A stretch of 64,000 nucleotides of DNA from a virus: IMG/VR virus record IMGVR_UViG_3300031975_001631; one strand, written 5' to 3'. Positions within the stretch are counted from its first letter, which is position 1. Every line of letters begins with the position of its first letter. Below, one piece after another: positions 53,118 to 63,800 of this stretch. The translations under genes and the position numbers were made by a program. The notes beneath the pieces are model-generated. The model had not been told where the DNA came from and did not search any database. It saw only the letters and a program-made list of their open reading frames with translations.

Positions 53118-56100
53118 CAGAATGTACCTCCATCAACACTATTGGACCAAATTGGAATGTTGTTTTCATCTGTGGTTAGCATGTAATTAGAGGTTGTTAA
53201 GAACCCTACTGTACTAAGACCACTAACCAGTCTTCCATCTGCCTCAAAGAATGCAACACCGTTAGGTCCGCTATACCCAATACCAGTTAATCCACCTTGA
53301 TCTGATCTGTAATAGAGACCGTCGCGGAATGTACCGTAACCGATTACGCTTAGATTATCTTGGACAGTTACCTGACCAGCAGCAGAATCAAGAACAAGTT
53401 CTCCAGTATTGGTATTTATTTTGGTTGAGGAAGAACCAGCACCAATTGTGACATCGGAGATCGTTGTTACACCAGTAACTCTAAAGTTGTTAGTAGTGAG
53501 AATGCCAGAGACATTAATGTTGATTGCTTCAATACCAGCAGAACTGGTTACAATTCCGGTAAGGATTGTTCCTTGATCAACAGTCAGTGTGGAGTGGATG
53601 TTTGCGTTAGTAGCAACATCAATTGTTCCCGTTTGAGTCTGACCACGAACACTAGCACCAATAGCTAGTGTCTCGATCTTAATGCCGTTGTTATAGAACA
53701 GAGTAACGGCACCATCAGCAGTAAAGTTGGCAAGAGTTTCGCCAGTGTACTTCTGAAGTTCTACCTGATTAGAACGGATAGCAAGTGTACCAGTTCCCGA
53801 ATCATCAATGTATGAGTTGTTGCCATCATGATAGATGGACAGATCATCATCATCACCAAAGTGTGCCTTTACATTATCCTTGAAGGAAACAATTCCAGTG
53901 AATACTGCGTTTGTGACAGCAATACCAGTAAGTTTTGCATCAAATGCATCAAGAGCTTCTGCATCAATTGTGGTGATCGTTGCAGCAGTACCAACAGTAT
54001 CTGTTACCGCAAGACCAGTGATGTTGACATCTTTAGCATCTAATGTTTCAATATCAACCGTAGTGATGGTGGCATATGTACCGACCAACGAGGTTACAAC
54101 ACCAGCAGTGATCTTAGCGTCAACTGCGTCGATGCTAAGGTTAAAGTCAACTCTCTCAGCAAATGTAGATACGCCAGTTACATCGAGTCTCTCAAACTTA
54201 GCAGTGTCGAGGACATCAAGTCTCTGTCTAGGTGCGGCAGTACCGATACCCAACTTCTGATTAGCGTCAAGGCGCATGCCCTCAACATTATCAGTGTTGA
54301 ATCGAATAGTACCGTTAGCACCTGAGTCATCCAGAGCGATGGAAGTATCATTCTTCTGGAATGCATCGAGCTGGATGGTTGTCGCAGTCAGGATACCCAG
54401 GACATTGACATCACCAGTGATGTTAATTGAACCAGCACCAGCTGGATCAATATTAATATCACCTGAGGTAGATTCAATATTGTTACCAGCAATCTGGATG
54501 TTACCAAATGTACCGCTTGTAGGAGTAATAGTGCTGCTATTAGATCCGTCAGTAATCTGAAGAGATGAAAGTGCTTGGAGGCTGGTTACTTGTTGTGAGA
54601 ACGATACCGTACCGTTTTCTTGATCAACAAAGAATGCATCTCCAACTCTGAAGTCTCCTCTTTGGTCGATACTAACGAATGATATATCACCGTTATTAAT
54701 TTCGGTAACTTCATTAGCTTGAATTGCCAGGTTAGGATCATTAGAGAAATCTCCACCAGCACCAACATGATTGAAGTTGAGAGCAAACAGTCTCAGAGAT
54801 ACGCCATCACCATCAGCAATAACACCCTTTTGACCATACTCAACAGCACAACCAACGGAACGCATGTCCGCACCGAACTGACTGTAGTCAGCAAGGATAA
54901 CCTTAGTTGCAGTTCCGATACCGCCACCAGCTTGAGTGATGCGGATATCCTGGTTGCGGATTACATCGTCGGTGGTTGTTGTTACGCCACTCGCACCATC
55001 AAAGGAGAGTAAGAGAACTGTGTCCTTATCACCTGTGTGTGCAGCAGTCGGAGCAGTGAAGTTTGTATTGTACTTGGCAACTCCTCTCTCGATTCTAAAG
55101 TCGTCAATCCAACCAGTGACATTTTGACTTGCGCCATCAAAGTCAGCACCGATGACCAGACCTTTAGATGCACCGTAGTTAGTTGTATCAGAGGTCTTAA
55201 TGCCTCTCTGAGTACCGTCAACAAACAGTCTAGTGTTTGTACCCTCTCTAGCGAGTGCATAGTGCTTCCAGACGCCTGTAGCGATGCCTGCGCCAGAGCC
55301 AGTGATAGCGGTTGTAGTACCAACCCGCATGTCAACTTCGCCAGCAGCACGGAAGGCAACGCTGATACCCTCAGCATCAGTGCCAGTGTCTCTTAAGTCG
55401 AAGAGAGTTGCGCTGGTCAGACCAGTTGTATTTGCGTATGCCCAGAATTCAATCGTGAAGTCTGTATTGGTGCCGAAACCAAGATCACCGCTAGAAGGAG
55501 CACTGATAGAATCATTTGTTCCGTCAAGTGCTAACGATGCACTGCCAAATTTCTTAACTGTAGTGTCTAGTTGAGCACCATCGTTGAAAGTAATAGCTTT
55601 AGCAGTTCTGGCATTGAGAACTTCAAAACCAGTTTGCTTTCCAGTTACATCCAGGTATGTTCCGTCATAACCAGAAACAATAGCAGTTGCAATACCAGTA
55701 GTTCCGTCAGTATCAAAGACAGTAATTGTGTTACCAACACCAACGGTTGTAATACCAGTCAGTCTCAGTCTGGTCTCACCAGCGGAACTGATACCAAGAG
55801 AACCAGATGTGCCCTTGATAGCTTCAGCAGCGAAGTAGGAGAAGCAATTCAGGTACTCACTGCGAGCACCGTTGGTCATAATCAGACCTTTGCTGTTCGG
55901 TACAATGAAAGTAACTTCATTGAACAAGAACGCTGCCTCAAGAGATCCTGATGCTACCTCAGAACCATCAAGGTAAGCACCACCACCAGCGATGTAGGAG
56001 GAAGGATTTGCATCAGCTGAACCATAACCATATGGATCACTAGCAGAAGTATTACTACCTTTGTTGAATACAGTTACGCGCTGAATATAAGGAGATCTGC

Positions 56101-59100
56101 TTGTGATCGCGATACCAGGAGCAAACTTAAACGCATAACCCTGATTGCCAGCAGTATCGAAGTACATGTCACCGATAGTGACATCCTCAACAACAGATCT
56201 GTCGTTCATCAAGAAGCAGTCCTTCTGCTTGGTAGCAACAGTAGGACAAATCTTGGTAGCACGGAGTCCAGCACCCTTAACAGTTAATCCAGCTGGAACA
56301 GTCAGTGGGAAGACTTCTTCATAAACACCAGCGGCGATGTTTAATACATCGTTTACACCAATATTAGAGATTTGAGACAGAGCGTATGCAATCGTTCTGT
56401 ATGGCCTTTCTGCAGTGCGCCCACGAGATGCGTCACCGTCGTCAACACCATTAGTAGAAACATACCATGTGTCAAGCTTGGCATTGATTGTGGCAATACC
56501 AATCTGTGCAGGTTCGCGCCAGGTGATCGTGCCATCTGGATTGGTACTCAGCATATGCTGAGTGTTCAGACCAACAACACCAGTGGAATCATACAGTGAT
56601 GTGATGAAACCAGCTTGAACGAATGCAGAAGTTGCAATGCCAACCGAAATGGTAGCATTCAGAATGTCTGCGACTTCAAAGTCAACTGTAGTGATAGTTG
56701 CGGCAGTACCAACAATATCAGTGACTGCTAATCCAGTAATATTTGTCTGTCTTGCATCCAGGGTCTCGATATCGACCGTGGTGATCGTAGCGTAGGTGCC
56801 AACCAGAGAGGTTACGATACCGGCAGTGATCTTAGCGTTGACAATATCGCCTTCTGTGGCGTCAATCGTTGTAATAGTAGCAGCAGTACCGACAATATCG
56901 GTAACAGCTAAACCAGTAATATTTGTCTGTCTTGCATCGAGTACATCGATATCAACAGTTGTAATTGTCGCGTATGTACCAACTGTTGAATCAACAATCA
57001 GATCATCAACACGAGCAACGCCGTCGATGTAGATATCTCGCCACTCTTTAGTAGCACTACCGAGATCAAAGGTGTCATCATCGTCAGGAACGATGTCAGA
57101 GTCAACTTCACCAGTAAAGATGATGTTGTCTGTAGTAGAGTCGCCAAGACCGATTGTGCCACCGTTAAAGGTTACATTACCAGTAAAGGTTGTAGCTCCA
57201 CCAACTCTGAGATCACCAGTAATCTCAACATCACCAATGGTGGCAGCAGTGCCAACCAAGCTTGTGATGATACCAGCAGTAATCTTAGCATTAACAATAT
57301 CACCTTCTGTTGCATCAATCGTTGTGATTGTTGCAGCGGTTCCGACAATATCAGTAACGGCAAGACCAGTGATGTTTACATCTTTGGCATCAAGAGTCTC
57401 AATGTCAACCGTTGTGATGGTTGCATAAGTACCAACCTGACTAGTAATAATACCAGCAGTAATCTTGGCATCTAGAATGTCAGCAGCATCAAGATGTGCT
57501 GTGCCATCAATATAAATGTCTCTCCACTCTCTATCAGTAGTACCAATATCCAGAGTGCCGTCTACACTAGGAGTGAACTTAAGATTAGACTCCCATGCCT
57601 CTCTAGATTGGTCGTATAAAAATTCTTTATCTGTTGTTCCCTTAAGGATGATACCGCCGTTATCGGCTGTAGCATCAGCATGTCCACCAGTAGAACTGAA
57701 TCCAAGTTCAATGTTCTTATCGGTTATTTGTACAACCGAACTCTGAACAAAACTCGTAGTTCCATTAACCGTCAGATCACCAACAACAGTAAGAGCTCCA
57801 CCAACTCTGACATCTTTCTGGAAGTCAGCGTCTTGGAAGGTTACATATGTACCTGTCAGTGAGGTGATGATGCCTGTAGTAATCTTGGCATCAAGTGCAT
57901 CAAGATTAGCAAAATCGCCAACAGTATATGTTAAACCATAACCAATAATAGATGTTACAACACCAGCAACAGTTTTGAGGGTGTTGATATCACCTTCATT
58001 AGAGTCGAAGGTTGTAATCGTGGCATAGGTGCCAACCAGAGAGGTAACTAAACCTGTAGTTACCTTAATATCCTTGAGATCAGCAACCTCAGTATCAAAG
58101 GTTGTAATTGTGGCATATGTACCAACCTGACTGGTGATAATACCAGCAGTGATCTTAGCTGCCTCAATATCTGCATTTACGAAGTCTACATTCGTAATAG
58201 TTGCAGCAGTACCAACAGTGTCAGTAATAATACCTGACTGAATCTTAGCGTTGGTAATTGCAAAGTCAGTTGCTAAACCAGCAGTGACCTTGATATCTTC
58301 AACACCGATATCGTTAGCATCGATTTGCGGAACAGATGTTACGCCAGAGATTACTGTATTACCAGTGCCCTTATCAATGATGAATACGCCACCAACATCG
58401 AGCAACCCGAAGGGTCGTGTGGTGCCGATACCGACATAACCAAGTTGGTTACCGTCGATCCAGTTAATATTTTGATTGCCAATTACGAGCTGATTATCAC
58501 TATCTCCGATAGCAACATTTCGCTCATAACCGATGATAACATTACCACTGCCAAGAGTATCGTTACCAGCAGAGTAACCAATGGCAATGTTCTTGCTACC
58601 GTCTACACTGAAGAGAGTGTAAGGACCAATAGCAATATTTCTTTGCTGCTGTCTGGTTCCTGTACCACCACTCAGGAAGCGACCATTCTTGCTGGTTACG
58701 CTACCTGTAAGAGTCTGGAAACCAAACGGCATGGTGAATGTATCACCAACTTCGTAACCATCGCCAGGAGCCATGATTTGGATGTTAGTAATCAGACCAG
58801 TAGCACCAGTCTGCAACCTAACTAACAGACCTTGACCAGATCCACTGGTTTCTGTTACATCTTCGGTCTGATCATAATCTGCAACAGCAGTTTGATCGCC
58901 AACATTAACGCTGAGAGCTACCCCATCAACAACAGGGAAAGTCTCACCATACATCGACTGGTTACCCAGAGCGATGTTCTCATCGTTGCCGCTAGAAGAT
59001 AAGGCAAAACCTACCTTATCACCAATCATCAGGTTCTTAGTACCTTGCAGTCTATAACCTGCAAAGTTACCTAAGACGATGTTAGATTCTAACTCGTCAC

Positions 59101-59899
59101 TGCTGGAAAGAATACCAGCATATTGCATTGCACTGGCACCAATCGCAATATTGCGACGGTTAAGGACAGTTTGTCCAATACCAGCACCAGCAAAGTCACC
59201 AATAAAGATTGAAGAGTCAGCACTGCTAAGACCTACAGCAGCATCACGACCAACTCTAATAACATCATTGGAGAATGTAATATTACTGAAGGATGATACC
59301 CCAGTAATTTCTACATTATTTGCAGTAAGAGCATGACCTACATTTACTTCGTAGTAATCAGCACTAGTACCGCTTAGCGTTGTTACAACGCCAACGACTG
59401 CACGGAAATCAGTTACACCAAGAGTAGAGAATCCAGCAGCACCAACATCTAATGTTGCTGCAGTTGCAATACCAGATACATTCCAGTTTCTAGCATTAGC
59501 CTCGTCATAAACGAGGTCTCCTGTTACATTGAGGTTTCCACCAACACTAAAGTTGCCAGCAACTGTACCAACGCCAGAGGTGTAGAAATCATCTACAACT
59601 GTCCAAGAAGCAACTCTACCTTGATTATCTAAGACAACAACCTTAGAAGCTTCTGGAGTACCGAAACTAGCAGGATTTTCTGGGAATAGACTGGTGTAAT
59701 ATTCGCCGCCAATTGCAATCGGAGCTGCAGACGGACCAGACGGGTTACCAATATATAATTTTTTGTAAGACTTACCAGCGCCTACATCACTGGTATCGTA
59801 TGCGTATACTAGTTCACCGAACGATACGCCAGTACCAACGGGAGCAATGTTTGGAGGGGAAGTCCCAAGTGTCCTTTTTAAGAGAATCGTTGCGGACAT
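53117..59899 (-). CDS. Large fibre/adhesin protein with 25-aa repeats and a LamG-like lectin domain
   Basis: Repeats of AKITAGIITSxVGTxATITTxD; KFGSASLALDG...DFTIEFW...WKHYALAR...GWIDDFRI. Confidence 0.85.
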   Translation of the reverse strand: MSATILLKRTLGTSPPNIAPVGTGVSFGELVYAYDTSDVGAGKSYKKLYIGNPSGPSAAPIAIGGEYYTSLFPENPASFGTPEASKVVVLDNQGRVASWTVVDDFYTSGVGTVAGNFSVGGNLNVTGDLVYDEANARNWNVSGIATAATLDVGAAGFSTLGVTDFRAVVGVVTTLSGTSADYYEVNVGHALTANNVEITGVSSFSNITFSNDVIRVGRDAAVGLSSADSSIFIGDFAGAGIGQTVLNRRNIAIGASAMQYAGILSSSDELESNIVLGNFAGYRLQGTKNLMIGDKVGFALSSSGNDENIALGNQSMYGETFPVVDGVALSVNVGDQTAVADYDQTEDVTETSGSGQGLLVRLQTGATGLITNIQIMAPGDGYEVGDTFTMPFGFQTLTGSVTSKNGRFLSGGTGTRQQQRNIAIGPYTLFSVDGSKNIAIGYSAGNDTLGSGNVIIGYERNVAIGDSDNQLVIGNQNINWIDGNQLGYVGIGTTRPFGLLDVGGVFIIDKGTGNTVISGVTSVPQIDANDIGVEDIKVTAGLATDFAITNAKIQSGIITDTVGTAATITNVDFVNADIEAAKITAGIITSQVGTYATITTFDTEVADLKDIKVTTGLVTSLVGTYATITTFDSNEGDINTLKTVAGVVTSIIGYGLTYTVGDFANLDALDAKITTGIITSLTGTYVTFQDADFQKDVRVGGALTVVGDLTVNGTTSFVQSSVVQITDKNIELGFSSTGGHADATADNGGIILKGTTDKEFLYDQSREAWESNLKFTPSVDGTLDIGTTDREWRDIYIDGTAHLDAADILDAKITAGIITSQVGTYATITTVDIETLDAKDVNITGLAVTDIVGTAATITTIDATEGDIVNAKITAGIITSLVGTAATIGDVEITGDLRVGGATTFTGNVTFNGGTIGLGDSTTDNIIFTGEVDSDIVPDDDDTFDLGSATKEWRDIYIDGVARVDDLIVDSTVGTYATITTVDIDVLDARQTNITGLAVTDIVGTAATITTIDATEGDIVNAKITAGIVTSLVGTYATITTVDIETLDARQTNITGLAVTDIVGTAATITTVDFEVADILNATISVGIATSAFVQAGFITSLYDSTGVVGLNTQHMLSTNPDGTITWREPAQIGIATINAKLDTWYVSTNGVDDGDASRGRTAERPYRTIAYALSQISNIGVNDVLNIAAGVYEEVFPLTVPAGLTVKGAGLRATKICPTVATKQKDCFLMNDRSVVEDVTIGDMYFDTAGNQGYAFKFAPGIAITSRSPYIQRVTVFNKGSNTSASDPYGYGSADANPSSYIAGGGAYLDGSEVASGSLEAAFLFNEVTFIVPNSKGLIMTNGARSEYLNCFSYFAAEAIKGTSGSLGISSAGETRLRLTGITTVGVGNTITVFDTDGTTGIATAIVSGYDGTYLDVTGKQTGFEVLNARTAKAITFNDGAQLDTTVKKFGSASLALDGTNDSISAPSSGDLGFGTNTDFTIEFWAYANTTGLTSATLFDLRDTGTDAEGISVAFRAAGEVDMRVGTTTAITGSGAGIATGVWKHYALAREGTNTRLFVDGTQRGIKTSDTTNYGASKGLVIGADFDGASQNVTGWIDDFRIERGVAKYNTNFTAPTAAHTGDKDTVLLLSFDGASGVTTTTDDVIRNQDIRITQAGGGIGTATKVILADYSQFGADMRSVGCAVEYGQKGVIADGDGVSLRLFALNFNHVGAGGDFSNDPNLAIQANEVTEINNGDISFVSIDQRGDFRVGDAFFVDQENGTVSFSQQVTSLQALSSLQITDGSNSSTITPTSGTFGNIQIAGNNIESTSGDINIDPAGAGSINITGDVNVLGILTATTIQLDAFQKNDTSIALDDSGANGTIRFNTDNVEGMRLDANQKLGIGTAAPRQRLDVLDTAKFERLDVTGVSTFAERVDFNLSIDAVDAKITAGVVTSLVGTYATITTVDIETLDAKDVNITGLAVTDTVGTAATITTIDAEALDAFDAKLTGIAVTNAVFTGIVSFKDNVKAHFGDDDDLSIYHDGNNSYIDDSGTGTLAIRSNQVELQKYTGETLANFTADGAVTLFYNNGIKIETLAIGASVRGQTQTGTIDVATNANIHSTLTVDQGTILTGIVTSSAGIEAININVSGILTTNNFRVTGVTTISDVTIGAGSSSTKINTNTGELVLDSAAGQVTVQDNLSVIGYGTFRDGLYYRSDQGGLTGIGYSGPNGVAFFEADGRLVSGLSTVGFLTTSNYMLTTDENNIPIWSNSVDGGTF

Positions 59900-60111
59900 T
59901 AGAAGACACCTCCGTCAATGATGGCAGCAGGGAAATTTTTTGTTGTTATAAAAGCGTTAGAAGAAGCTTCGTAAACTAGAATGCTTCCGTCCTGTAGATT
60001 TGATGCATCAACATCGGCAAGCAAAGTCAATCTTCCGCCAGAGCCGCCGCCGAGGGCACCGCTGGCAATAACTTTTACTTGATTCGATGTGCCGATTCGT
60101 AATGATGGCAT
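59899..60111 (-). CDS. Small structural protein
   Basis: LADVD...DGSILVY...IDGGVF; ending similar to the fibre C-terminus (VDGGTF). Confidence 0.7.
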   Translation of the reverse strand: MPSLRIGTSNQVKVIASGALGGGSGGRLTLLADVDASNLQDGSILVYEASSNAFITTKNFPAAIIDGGVF

Positions 60112-60449
60112 TACCTTGTTACTCCTGCTCTGACTAGGACCATTCCTTCGACGACCTTATATTTAAATCCGCCAGAGTCTTCAAGTGTCACATCATAAAC
60201 ATATCGCCCTGGTTTAATGTCAGCTGTTAGTGTTGAACCCAGTGAAATTTGGATTTGACCAACTTCGGGGTCAGTAACAGTAGACGCAAAAGATACAGCA
60301 GTAGAACTACCAGCCCACTTCCTCATTTGAGAAGTCGCTGTATAGTTCGTTAGGTTCAAATAAGTGCCTGTGTCGTTATCTCCTAGACTGAAACCGTGTT
60401 GAAAATCAACTCCAGAATCAACTTGAAGGTTAGCAATGTAAACTGCCAT
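60111..60449 (-). CDS. Structural protein (baseplate/fibre-adaptor type)
   Basis: LTNYTATSQMRK...GRYVYDV...VVEGMVLV. Confidence 0.7.
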   Translation of the reverse strand: MAVYIANLQVDSGVDFQHGFSLGDNDTGTYLNLTNYTATSQMRKWAGSSTAVSFASTVTDPEVGQIQISLGSTLTADIKPGRYVYDVTLEDSGGFKYKVVEGMVLVRAGVTR

Positions 60450-60472
60450 TCTTTACATCACGGATTATCCTA

Positions 60473-60637
60473 TTAGGTATTTAGTTTCCTTAATTCCTGT
60501 AATACCTGATTGAGCGTGAATTTAATTTCTGCAACATCAGCTTTTAGCATATCAATGTCTGAGTGATGCATATCTTGAGTATCATGAGTCTCAAATCCAT
60601 GATACTTTAAAAATTCAGAGTGTGGATTTCTACTCAT
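60473..60637 (-). CDS. Small coiled-coil protein (54 aa)
   Basis: Hand translation MSRNPHSEFLKYHGF...LKADVAEIKFTLNQVL; ATGA-coupled to the upstream gene. Confidence 0.6.
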   Translation of the reverse strand: MSRNPHSEFLKYHGFETHDTQDMHHSDIDMLKADVAEIKFTLNQVLQELRKLNT

Positions 60638-60837
60638 AACTTATCAACAATTTTGGATAACATACTTTTAATATCATCAATATCTTTTTTCATTGAATCA
60701 AGCTCTTTTCTTTCATTTTTCTTTGCATGCTTTTCTCTTAAGTATGAATGATACCCAGAGTCATCGCCATTGACGATGGCTCCGGTATCAGAATCTCTCC
60801 AAAGATTAGAATGCCCTTCAACGGGAATCAAACTCAT
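60634..60837 (-). CDS. Small hypothetical protein
   Basis: VEGHSNLWRDSDTGAIVN plus coiled coil. Confidence 0.75.
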   Translation of the reverse strand: MSLIPVEGHSNLWRDSDTGAIVNGDDSGYHSYLREKHAKKNERKELDSMKKDIDDIKSMLSKIVDKL

Positions 60838-63800
60838 GCTACCGCAATTGCTCTCAAATTCTTAATTACAGGATGTTTTGCTTGATTAGTTCCAGTGAAT
60901 ACAATTTTGATTTGTAATCCATTGAAACTTGGCAAATCATCTACAGAGTATGTATATTCTCTGTATTGAGTATCATCAGCACTTACAAAGGAGTCTGACA
61001 TACCATCATTTTGTTTGGGATCAATAACTTGATCACCAATACCATCTCCATCAGTATCAAGAAGATTTCTAAATCCAGGGAATAGTTCAAAATCAGGTGT
61101 TACTTCACTAGAGTCTGTTTTCAGAATACTGTAGAGAACTCTAAACTCACATTCAATTGGTCTGCGAGCTTCAAATATAACTTTAATTGAAGTTGCGGGA
61201 TTCTTAGTATAGATCGGTTGGGACATATAATAAGAAGCATGTGGATCATTAAATCTAGACTTAACTCTAGGATCCGTTCTATAATCAGAAATAGGATTAT
61301 TCAATCTGTTTTCATAGAAGAGTGCATTTGCCCCTTCAAGATTTACAGTAGGTGAATTAAAGCTATCTCCACTATTTGCGAGTTCAACAGTAAACGAGAA
61401 AGATTTGTTTCTAGGTAAAGAACCGAGTCTAACAGACTCATTGGTTCTAGAAGCGACAAGTCTTGTGGTCTCAAGAGTGTTGATTCTATTGAGGTTAAGA
61501 TCTTCAAATCCATTATCGATGAATGAAGTCTCTGATCCATCAGGAGATGTACCTGTAACGCTTCTCATCTGCAATGAGATGAAGTCTGTGGGTCCAAATG
61601 TAGAGGCATCGAGAAGAGGTCTTACAGCGTCAAATTGGATATTTTTAGAAGCATGTACATTTTGACCACCACCAGCAGCTTCTTCTTTGAAAGAAACCTG
61701 AGGAATGTTATTTGAGGTATCATCAACTGATCTACTTGATCCTCTATCAATTTTCAAGTAGTAATCATCAATACCTCTAAGAATACTAGAGACATCATGC
61801 TCAGCATTAATCCTTCTCAAAGAAACGCCGTTGTACTCATACTTTTGAATAATGTCATCTTTAAGATGATTCAATGCATTAGTTGCATCTACACCTCTTA
61901 CAACGCCACCCAAACTAGAAATGCCAACACTTGTATACGAAAGGATCTCACTGTTGATAAATGCATATCCAGTATTTGCTGCACTAACTACCGCACCCTC
62001 AAAGGTATTGAATTGTGATGTTGATGCTACAGAAATAGCGGTTTCATTCGATAATACATCTACGGTTAGTTCAGTAGGTACAACATCAGATTCCACATCA
62101 GAAAGAATAACCCTATTCAAAGAACTATGCATACCATGATTACGGTGAGATAGTCTGAAGTACTCTCCAGTGTAAACACTTCCGGTCGCATCAAAACTTA
62201 CAATATCCAAACCAGTTGCAATTATGCTACCAGATGCATGATTGTATGTAACTTCATTGCCTGGTGCAACATCAAAAGTTTGTGCTTGAACATCTGTCAA
62301 ATACAGAGTATCGATACCTCCAAGAGAGTTGATACCAATACGAACACCAGAACCAGATCCTCCCATAGATGCAGTTTGAAGACCAACTACATCACCAACT
62401 TTGTATCCTCTACCAGAAGATGCAATAGAAACTGCAGTAATAGCTGAGATGCCAGCACCGACAGTTGCGGTTAATGTGAGTCCATCACCATCACCATTGA
62501 TGTTATATGTTGGTACAACAGCAGATGGTGTACCATAGTTACTACCACCATTAAGAATTCCAACAGTTCCTAAGACTGGACCACCTTTAGTTTCAATGTG
62601 CCCATAACGGAATGTAGATGTTTGCTCGCTAATTTTTCTACCAGGAGTAAATACCGTACCAATTAATCCAGAATTGGATGTGGTGACAATACCAAGCTTT
62701 CCTTTTTTAGGGACACCTACAATTGGATCAAATCCTAGTGGAGGAAGAAGACCATTATTTGGTTCGATCGGTGGGTTGAAGAATGTCAACAGACCTTGTT
62801 CGGCAGTATAATCCGCTCTATACAAAGTAAATGTAAGGTCTTCAAACTGTGTGGGTGTCCAAGTGGCACCGTTTTGTGACTTGAACAGAGAACCCATTGC
62901 AAATTGCTGGGAGTAAATCTTACCCTTAGCAGCTGGAAGAGATTGAGCGTTCAAAGCTTTTTGACCCATTTCACCACAATATACCTCATACTCATCACTA
63001 TCTGACAAGATAACGATGGCATAAGATTCGTCTGGATCTAAGTAGAAAGGAGTGTCAAATTTAATGTTAGTTGCAACCGATCCATCGGCAGATGTTGTAA
63101 TATCCGAAGGGCGAATAGTTGCTTGAGCAGCTCTATCAATAACGAATAGAGTTGGAGTACCCAGTTCAACTGTTCTAACTTCAACCCTTACTGGAGTTGT
63201 TCCTTGATTCTTAGATGCAAAGAATAGATCAAGCGATGTAATCCAAGCTCCTTCTGGTCCAGTCACAATCGTTTGTGCCAGAGGGTCTCTTCTTCTTACA
63301 CGGACAACACGAGTTCTATTAATAACTCTAGTACGGTTTCTAATAATCGTTCTAGTTCTATCAATAACTCTAGTATTATTGATGATTACTGGCGGTGGTG
63401 GTGGAGGAGGACTTGGAATTGTTCCTCTAATATCAATCGTAGAAAGATTGGTAATAGTTGTAGTTTCAAGAGTAGTAATTCTAATATCAGTTTGAACTAC
63501 TCTCGTTGTACCAGTCGCAGTATAGCGACCTGTTGCATGAGAGATTAAAGTAGATCCTGGTAATGGATTTGCATTAGTTTGACTAGAAGTTAATCTAAAG
63601 TCTCTATTGCCTGATCTAATCCTAACCTGTGGTGTAGGTGTCTGATTAGGGTCTCTTAAGAAGATAGAACCAATAAGATCACCAAAGTCATCAGATACTA
63701 GTCTTACACCTGCTACAGTCGCTTGAGCGCCGCTTGTAAGACCTCTCATTACCATTCCGGTAGGAGCAAATCCAAAGAAGGCACCTTGTGCCTGAGCAGC

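Noticed and set aside
56690-58300. Periodic repeats as a CRISPR-, TIGR- or DGR-like array
   Set aside because: In-frame coding repeats with synonymous divergence; no repeat-spacer layout and no cas, Nop-domain or reverse transcriptase gene.
53828-59979. Many plus-strand ORFs inside the fibre gene
   Set aside because: Antisense shadows of a Thr/Gly/Ala/Val-rich frame.
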